Shown: one piece after another, positions 55,501-64,000 of the stretch
How the letters are laid out: every line of letters starts with the position of its first letter
How positions within the stretch are numbered: the stretch's first letter is position 1
Source of the DNA: Amphiscolops sp. MND2022
Taxonomy: Eukaryota
Length of the DNA: 64,000 nt
Direction: 5' to 3'
Assembly: GCA_964187785.1 (NCBI GenBank)
Contig: OZ076409.1
Span: forward strand, 9,364,001 to 9,428,000
Made by a program: the position numbers and the translations under genes
Notes under the pieces: generated by a model
The model's database searches: none
What the model was told of the DNA's origin: nothing
Seen by the model: only the letters and a program-made list of their open reading frames with translations

Positions 55501-58500
55501 CACAATTGCCGAAGCAATAACTTGCCATTTTGACGATTACGATGCAGTATCTACTTCTAGATTGATCTTACGAAAGTGGTTTGCTAGTCATAGAACTGCG
55601 ACCAGAGAGCACTCTGACAATGCACTAAACCCTACCGCGGAAGTCTCTAACGAATTCATGAAAGCATCATAAGAGACTAAGAGGCAGCTGGCGAACCCCG
55701 AACACAAGACTCGGTCGAAAGACAGAACAGAACTCTAATGACCTTGTTGCGAGTTCTTTTTCATACGTATGCATGACTGAGACCTACATCTTGACGTTGT
55801 CATGGGTGCTTACAACTCAACACGCCATGCAACTACAGGTTTTTGACTCTTATGTAAACAACAGGCACTGGGAAGGCATTACTACTTGCGTATGAGTTCG
55901 TTACTTGATCCTTCGAATTCACGACGAACTTTATGTGGAACTCATCCTTGCCTGAGAACTGGAAATCCACAACTTGGTAGAAGAAACCAGCACCAAGCTC
56001 AGCAACGTCAAAAAGTAGGACCGCTGAATTCGCTCCAACGCATCTGGGTATTTTGCAGAAGGGCTCCGCAGAAAGGTTCACCCAAATTAATGAAAACATG
56101 GAGAGGCCCACACAAAATAGCACAAGAGGGACGAGTCTAGGTCTTCGATACGGGCAAAAAGTTCACTTTGGTCGTCGGAAGCAACACAGCAGTAGACCGT
56201 CGGAACTAGTTGCGCTACCAACTAACGATGGCGACAAAGCCGTGATAATGGACTTGGAGCCTGAACTTTCGATAGAAGAAATACCCGATGATCGTTATCA
56301 GTCATCGTTCCGAGAGTAACAATTACTCTCCGATGCTACGGGAGCATCGTTGCCATCTAGATGACATCAATGGATGGGCATCAGACTACGAACTAGAATA
56401 CGTGATGGCGGCACCGGTCTATATTACCAACACTACGCGACCTCAACGGGCAACGAAGATGAACTTACTGATGTATTTCTGTCCACTGGCCTCATCGACC
56501 AGGCACCTCCAGATCCTCTCGCACTAGAAGTACCAGCAGATCCTGCACCAAACACAGCCCCCTCGAGGAGTTACCGATTTTCCTATCACTATCTGATGAT
56601 ATTCTGTTCTCAGAACTTGAGGCTGTGCACGACGAAACGAATTGAGAAACATCATTACATGGATTTCGGCACCTCTTCCAACTACCCATCAATGACCGAC
56701 CTGCAGTGCTCAGTAACTTTCCAGTTGGACCCAACATCGACAACACCGGGCCAGCAGAAATGAATGGAACGAAAAGGGATTCAAACATCAGCTGTGCCAA
56801 TGCTAAGTATCCATGGACATCTATTAAAACTGAGGGGCAGAATCAAAAAAGTGCCCACAAAACGTTCCTTTTGACGAGCACCAACGCGTAAAAGCTCGAC
56901 AGCCTCCATCACACACCGAGAATTACCAAGGTGTGGACGCCCTCCCGAGGACTTTACCTTCGCGCTCCTGGTCTACGACGCCAATCCAGAACTCCTGGAA
57001 TGACTGCAATTAATTCGGCAACTTCGGAAACGGAAGCTCTCATGCGCCCATCTGTCCTCAGACCAAAAATCAACTTGAAACTGCGGATGCAGAACCGATG
57101 CGGATCGTGCGGGTTATGTGGTTGTATATATGTCCACAAAGTAAACGTCTACAATGAAATTGAATCCCTGGTAGTCCAACTTACGAAAGACATTTCCCTT
57201 TGTTTAGTTAACCGCCTGGTGATTCGTGCGGAAAAAACTTTTTATGGTTTGGAAAAATAAGCCAAGTGTTCCGTCGAACACATTCCGAGAGAAATGTTAA
57301 TCCGAAATTTCCCAAGCCCCATGCCCAGGTTTTAAAGAAAGGACCAATGATCACACGGGCATCAAGTTCACTTTAGTTGTGACGGTAACCCGAAACATTG
57401 TCCATGGCTCATTCAACTTTGAACGGGAACCAAAAGCACAATGCATCACAGCCGATCACCCAAGCAACAAAAATCGCGTCGTCATGAAGCCTTGCGATAT
57501 GTATCGCCAAAGTCAACGCTGGTGCTTCCCGATAAAAGCCTCCCGCTCCACATGAAACAGTGGGTTTCGTAGCTGTCTCACAGAGGGAAGGAAGGGTACA
57601 AAAAACCCTGAAAAAAATGACCACTAGCCCTCCACGAGCTCCCAAACCTCTCAGACTTCTAACGGAACGCAGAAAACGAAGAGTCAACCCAGCAAACCAC
57701 CACGTGTTAAAAAGCAGCAATCGACCTCTAGAGCAACGACAACAGCCCCTGTCTCAAGGCTGACCAGACTGGAGTCAGTGTTTTCGGAAGCATCCTTGCT
57801 TCCGCCACCACTCCTACAACAGCCAACGAAGCCAATAGTGGGCTCTCCAGGAACAGCCGAGCCACAGCCCTCACTAGAATAGGTGTTGAAAAAGTACGCT
57901 CAGGGTCTCCAGATCACTAACAGTGGGCCCACGTGGACTCTCCTGAAGAACCAATTTAAATTGCTCCCTGGCAGGACAACGCACACTAAAGAGGTGCCCT
58001 ATCTACCACCGTCCCAAAAATACCAAGGGAACGTTGGTCACAAAGGATGCTAGAAGGACATGGGAGACGGCGGAGAAAACATTCATAGCATGATGCCTCG
58101 AGAAACAGCCATGCCCACCCAGCAATGAAGTCCACACAAGCCTGAAAACGACAACGGCACCAGTATTGATGAGCTGAGTATTACGACCTAACAGCCATCC
58201 ACAGCAAGAACCAGCATGGCAATCCCGAGCAGCCAACCTACCACCAAAAGTGGGAGACAATTATCTGGACACTTTGACCATTGACCGTAGCGGCTGATTT
58301 CACGCAAGACACCAGCTGAGTGAAGGAGAGACATTTGCAATCAACAAGGAATATGCATGTGACCTGGGAGCACAACTTCCGTTTCCATAAGATAGGCTGC
58401 ATCGTACTCTAACCTGATTGACTGAACCTTCACTAAGAACCTAGCCATAGGCAATATCCTATCCGACGTGATGGTAATGGCCCTTCCACTATCAAGAAAA

Positions 58501-59229
58501 ACAGAGATGACAGGAGCTCTTCTTACAATGCTCGACCCGGAGTTCGAAGGAACTTACAAAGAACCACCTATGAAAAGGGTGATCATTTGCAACGTACATA
58601 ATCACATGAAATGTGAAAATTGTTTGCTGACAACTGCCGGAATCCAGCAACCCGAACCGACCCCAACTGCAAGAACACAGTTACTGAAATTAGCAGAAAG
58701 AATGGTCAAGGCCCTGGAAAAAACTCAACAATATTTTGACAAAAAACTGAAAACCCCAGAACTGTTTCCTCCAGGATATAACTTATGGCCTTTGTTATTA
58801 CAACGATTTGTAATTATGGAATCAGAGATCTGCCAGTTCAGGAACGTAGACTTTGTACTGTGTGCTCCGAACTTCACAGCTGACTAGGAGGACGCGATTT
58901 ACTTTGACCATGGGAAGCGTATGTCGCTGCTCAGGTTCAGCGAAAGAGGAAAACAAGTGATCTCAGAACCGTCGCCAGAAGAATGTGATGCTGTGCGCAT
59001 GCACAACTGGATCGAGCGTACGCGCTTCGATGGTGAGAAAACCTCAATCAAGACCAATTTGACTGAAACATTTGCGCAATTGTCAAATTGCTCAAATGTC
59101 AGAAAAGTGGAATTTGCAATTCCCAGGGTAAAACTTGGCCAGACCACCGGACTCTCAAATCTTTAAATGGAATTAAAATGCATTCTAGCGATATTGGCAA
59201 ACGAAAAGTACATATAGCAAACGAAAAGT

Positions 59230-59929
59230 CCAATGGCCGATGAAAAGATAGTCGGTGGCGAAAAGGGATCAAAAACTCCAACCGAAGAGGACGATAGAGT
59301 GAGAAACAGCCCAGAACGTAGGGTACCGCTTTCGTCGCTGGAAGATAAAACGACCCAAAGTGATGGATATAGAGAGCAATACTGTTACCAAGCTAACTAA
59401 AAATTAAAAGTGTGGATGACGAGAGAGCCTGAAGACTGACTAGGACGCCTGAGAGGGAAAAGCACACCTCCCGCTGTCAACCAATATTGGAAGCTAGAAG
59501 CGCGAATAACAATGACCAGCTACATGCCGCCTGAGACAACCTACAGTACAATTGAACGTCTTGGTGATCCTCAGACCCAAGAATGGAAGGGGTTAAAAAT
59601 GCTTATCGAGAAAAAGAATAAAGACCTCTGGTCCAGAGCGTGCGGTCCAGACCCCACTGTAGTAGCGAAGCTTAAACTGTCTACTACGTCAAGACCAACC
59701 CCCACTGCTCCCCTAAAAATTGTCACAGAGGCTATCAGCTGTCAGTTAACAGAATAAAAGAAGAAGGAGAGCACCATCAGATGCCACTACGCCAATGGCC
59801 GATGAAAAGATAGTCGGTGGCGAAAAGGGATCAAAAACTCCAACCGAAGAGGACGATAGAGTGAGAAACAGCCCAGAACGTAGGGTACCGCTTTCGTCGC
59901 TGGAAGATAAAACGACCCAAAGTGATGGA
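59230..59929 (+). repeat. 138-bp direct repeat (59230-59367 and 59792-59929)
   Basis: ccaatggccgatgaaaagatag...cccaaagtgatgga appears twice. Confidence 0.9.
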
Positions 59930-60243
59930 AAGTCGCGTCGCAACTCCGATGCCTCATAAGACTCTACTAAAAATTGAAATTACCACGGTATATTTCGAGA
60001 AATCGAGAATGAACATCAAAACTCCACCAGAAGTAGGAGCCCAAAGACTTCGACCTCTTGTTAAACCCAGAATTGCACACTTCATTTGACTACAATTGAA
60101 TATCTGAAAACAAATGCAGTTTTCGTTTACGTTGATCGTGGTGCTTTGCAAAAGTTTTGTTGCGTCAACACTATTTTTGTTTCCATAGTTAGAGTTGTCG
60201 GAATTGAATAAAAAGCATTCGGCAAAAAATACCAAAGTCATTA

Positions 60244-61232
60244 CAGTGCATAGGCAAGCTATTTTGCTGCTTGTCGAGGATTCCGGGACACGAAAATTGA
60301 GAAAAGTCGTGGAATCCAGGACAGAGTTCCCCTTTGATGTTAATCGTTCTTGGATTCCACGCCAATACTGCTGCTTTAAAGACGCTTTTGCCGCTGGTTT
60401 CTTATTGGTCCGCTGACTTTGGTATATTAAAATTTCAATATTGACTTACTACCCCCTTTGGTAGCTGGTTTCCTATAATTTAAGATATAAATGTGGTTTC
60501 CACGACTAATGTAAAAATATATGGTCTTACTTTCCATAGTCTTAGTTTTAGCACCATTCAAGATTGTGCGAACATGGATCTGGCATATTAGTATACTAAT
60601 ATGAAAAAAGATTTTGTGATATTTTGGTCCCAATCGTGAGTAAACAAATTACCCACGATTGGGACTAAAATTATTCATGATTAATTTCACATTTGAATTA
60701 CTTTTTAGCCGAAATTCGTTGTTATTAGAAATCAAGGAGATAAAATATGCAGTATGTCATCAAATAATGGCAGATTGTGATGATGTGGCAATTTGTTCAA
60801 TACTGGTACTAAACTTTGAAAAATACGAATATTTGTGTAATATTGGTGTGTTAGTTTGAATCATTTCGAAATATTATACTAAAAGTAGTGCATAAGATTA
60901 TGTTTGTTCAGTCTTCCACTTGAAATTAATTCAAGAAGAGATGCCACGTATCGCTTCAAGCATAAAGTCGTGGAATCCAGGAAACTTATGATTTCTGCAA
61001 TCTGATTGCTTCGTTTTGCAAAACTTATGTTTTTATGGAATCCGGAACAAAGCGGAATATCGACAGTGCGTACAGCTAAGCATTTGTTACTGGAATCCAC
61101 GACATAATCCGTGGAATCCGGGACTTATGACGTAATTTGCCAGTTTTGCACAGTTAAAGGTATTGTCGTGGAATCCGAGGTATTGAAAGCACAAAATTGC
61201 GCTTTGAGCAAATTTAGCTCACCTATGCACTC
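60244..61232. mobile_element. Tc1/mariner-like MITE, copy 2 (with extra internal sequence ~60430-60720)
   Basis: TA|cagtgcataggcaagct ... agctcacctatgcactc|TA. Confidence 0.75.
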
Positions 61233-62065
61233 TAATGGTGCCAAAGAATGATGAACCAAACAATATTGTTTCTCTAGATCGTAAACTGAGGTTGAAAACT
61301 AGTTCTGCGAAAAACAAAAACATTTAACTAGCTCTCGAAAATGCTTTTACTGCTGATATCCCTAAAAGAAAGTAGTGCGAAGCTCCCGAGCTTCGGATAA
61401 GACAATAAAACAACTGGCTGGTGCTAGCCAAGGCCACGGAATAGACCTTCTTATCTGAAACGGTCAGAAAAACGTTCGAAAAAGATTACCAAAATGAAAT
61501 TTTACTCCTGCCTTGTTTAGCTTACGAAAAGCAAGTCAAGCAGTTGCAGTTTAAAAGAGTGACTTCAAAAGCAATATCCCCAGGGAAGAGACGCAATGAA
61601 GCACATGATGGACAATCGAAGCACTTGCAAAAGGGTCACTACTTCGCACCCGCTTGACGGGGATGCCAAGCAAGAACCCGGGGCGTATGTAACGATCACC
61701 CCAATGCAGACTGAAACTGTGAACCGAAATGAAAATATCGTTTAAGAAGTGGACTCTACGAAAATCGGTAACTTTACGTGCCTGTGTCTTTATTTAAAAC
61801 CTGCCCAATGAAATGAAGAGGCTCAGAATAACAATTACTTATCAATTACCAAGGTGTCAAAGTTTAACTCGTGCTTTCTTTAGCAAGATGCTACTAATCG
61901 TTGTGATTACTTAAATGGAATTTTCCTGCTTGAACAAGCCCGCGGAGGTGGTAGACCCCAACTAATTGCCGTTTAAAAGTCGAATAGGCCGTATATGCAG
62001 TATTGTTTCATTGTGCAGCTCGTGAGCTACTATTCTGCAACTTCCTGTAATTTAGGGAAAACCTC

Positions 62066-62265
62066 NNNNNNNNNNNNNNNNNNNNNNNNNNNNNNNNNNN
62101 NNNNNNNNNNNNNNNNNNNNNNNNNNNNNNNNNNNNNNNNNNNNNNNNNNNNNNNNNNNNNNNNNNNNNNNNNNNNNNNNNNNNNNNNNNNNNNNNNNNN
62201 NNNNNNNNNNNNNNNNNNNNNNNNNNNNNNNNNNNNNNNNNNNNNNNNNNNNNNNNNNNNNNNNN
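62066..62265. other. Assembly gap (200 N)
   Basis: Run of N. Confidence 1.
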
Positions 62266-62933
62266 CAAATTTCCCTTTGAATAGTTTAGCATAATTAAAT
62301 AAATCGCTACGATCCTTCTTTTCCGTTCAGTAACGAGTGAAACAACAGTTGGACTCGGTAAAAGACAAAACTGCCACATGGATGTTTATTTAGTTTTCGA
62401 ATTTGAAAAGGATTCGTTTCTTTCCAGCAGTTGTACATTTCCAAGTTTATTCTTTTTGGTACTTCCAAGGAATGCGATTGTGAAATGACTTTTGAGGGAT
62501 CCATTCTTGATGTGGTTTTGAAGCGAACACAGATTCAGCAACAAACTTCCATCAGATTTTAATCGTGATTTTTTGAGTAACTCGGCTGATTAAATTTTTC
62601 CCACTTTAAGTCCGACGAGTTCTAATTGAAAGAAGTTTGGAATAGTATCGCAGTCGAGGTTTCAAATTTTGTTTTTCAGAATTTTTGTAATGGCGGGCGA
62701 ACCTCCACATCTAGTTCATGATTGCTCTTTAGTTGAAACTACAAAATGTTGTTTATTTTTTATTTCTTTGAAATTTGAAGAAAACAAGAAACTGAATTTC
62801 AGCACAAATTGTGAGACACTTTTCCAACTTCGATGTTTTTCGAATTGAAATGTCTAAAATTTTATCGCCCATTAGTCAAGTAATTTCCTTTCCTTATATG
62901 TGTATGTGATTAGTGTATATACGCTATAATATA

Positions 62934-64000
62934 TGTCACTTACTCATATATTACGTCTATTTGGCTTCCCTTGGGGACAAAATCTTTTCAATGCCTCAGT
63001 GGGTCTCAAAAGTTTCATTTGAGTCCATAAAAAATTGATACTTTTTCTAACTGAAATCGACATTTCAGAAAATGAACAGAAGTTCCAAGTGAACTTAAAG
63101 GCGCCGTGACATCCCAACCAATTTGACATTTTGATCGTTCTCTTCCCTACTGTTAGCCATTTTCTCAGTAAGGGCTTTCACAATCGAAGTCAGTTGTTTT
63201 GTCGATGAACCTTTGTTCATTCCTAACTTTCTCATGTTCACTTTCTTGGCTAAATTTGCTTGCTCCGTAATCTTCGGTGAGCTGAGTGATAGGTTGAAAG
63301 TCGGGAAGACTACTGTTACTGTCACCATCACTGAATGTATCCAATTCAGTCTGCTCAATTCTGCTCTCCCTGTTACTCTGCGATCTTGTGTTAACCATGG
63401 TTAAAAGGCTTGATTTTGTTTTGGATTGATATGTTTTGGAGTTGAAGTAATAGGTTTGAAAGTATGGTTGAGTGTATCCAAACTGAAGGTTTGCAATCAA
63501 ATATGTCAGGTATGTCTGTTAATTGCACCTTCAAATAATTGCGTGTTTGTTAGTGACGCTTGATCGAAAGAGTCTATTTCAACTAATTTTTCTTGTTAGG
63601 TCGCTAATTACCACTTCATTGACGACTGGTTACTTCAGTCGTTGTTAATTGGTATAGTAGCACTTCTGAACTGGTGTATATAGTTGAGTTCCAAACTCCA
63701 AAGGATATGCTAATTGACGACTAACGGTAGTAGTCGTAACTGCTGTTAAACCTCATCATCATATAATCAATAATAATTTCAAGGTAAATAACAATGCTTC
63801 ATTAAACATGACTGAACGGCATAGTTGTTGATGCGACTTTATTACTTTATGTATGATGGGTAAAAATGACTGTTAGATAATTGGGGTATACGATGAGTGA
63901 AAATGACTGTTAACTATACAATCGATGCTCTAGTTATCATGTAACATATACATATACTGAATTGCATGTAACTGTTGGGTAAAAAGACGATAGTGAGAGC
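62934..64000 (-). mobile_element. LTR-like remnant containing a frameshifted gag-like N-terminus
   Basis: MVNTRSQSNRESR...QLTSIVKALTEKMANSREEN...; ends at ...agtgaca (62934), the same layout as at 8999 and 20201. Confidence 0.5.

Larger units (their letters stand above)
47500..59960 (+). mobile_element. Heavily decayed Ty3/Gypsy element (gag-PR-RT-RH-IN plus downstream sense ORF remnants); boundaries approximate
   Basis: CFECGQ knuckle; LVDTGSGVSIL (twice); TIKDAYPLPRI; MAYIDD ~53520; VIVDNFS, HSDNA and VERQNRTL integrase motifs at 55480-55745; many stops and frameshifts. Confidence 0.85.

Noticed and set aside
41456..61232. The two direct repeats as LTRs of one 20-kb element enclosing the decayed Gypsy
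   Set aside because: Each copy has its own TIRs (copy 2 with TA flanks); no TG...CA ends, PBS or PPT

Overview
Eukaryotic (animal) genomic DNA with spliceosomal introns, mostly transposon-derived, containing two 200-N scaffold gaps. There is one clearly intact host gene: a 4-exon cathepsin L-like cysteine protease (10592..37293, +, 339 aa) whose phase-0 intron 2 is about 23.6 kb. That intron holds a degenerate giant Gypsy element and a very young 5.3-kb Gypsy element (identical LTRs, one open gag-pol ORF, but no integrase DDE core). It also holds an unexplained array of small same-strand exon-like cassettes in at least three peptide families; in several, the 3' splice site lies in one arm of a local inverted repeat. 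Two giant Gypsy elements (1..8999 and about 12330..20201) each carry an antisense, intron-containing gene resembling a zinc-finger hAT transposase derivative, plus a sense ORF with SUMO-interacting-motif-like segments. Downstream are a decayed SUV4-20-like SET domain next to a spliced tyrosine recombinase (Crypton-like), MITEs, tRNA-headed repeats and a decayed Gypsy with a 1.9-kb tandem duplication. All family assignments come from motif recognition by eye; no searches were run.
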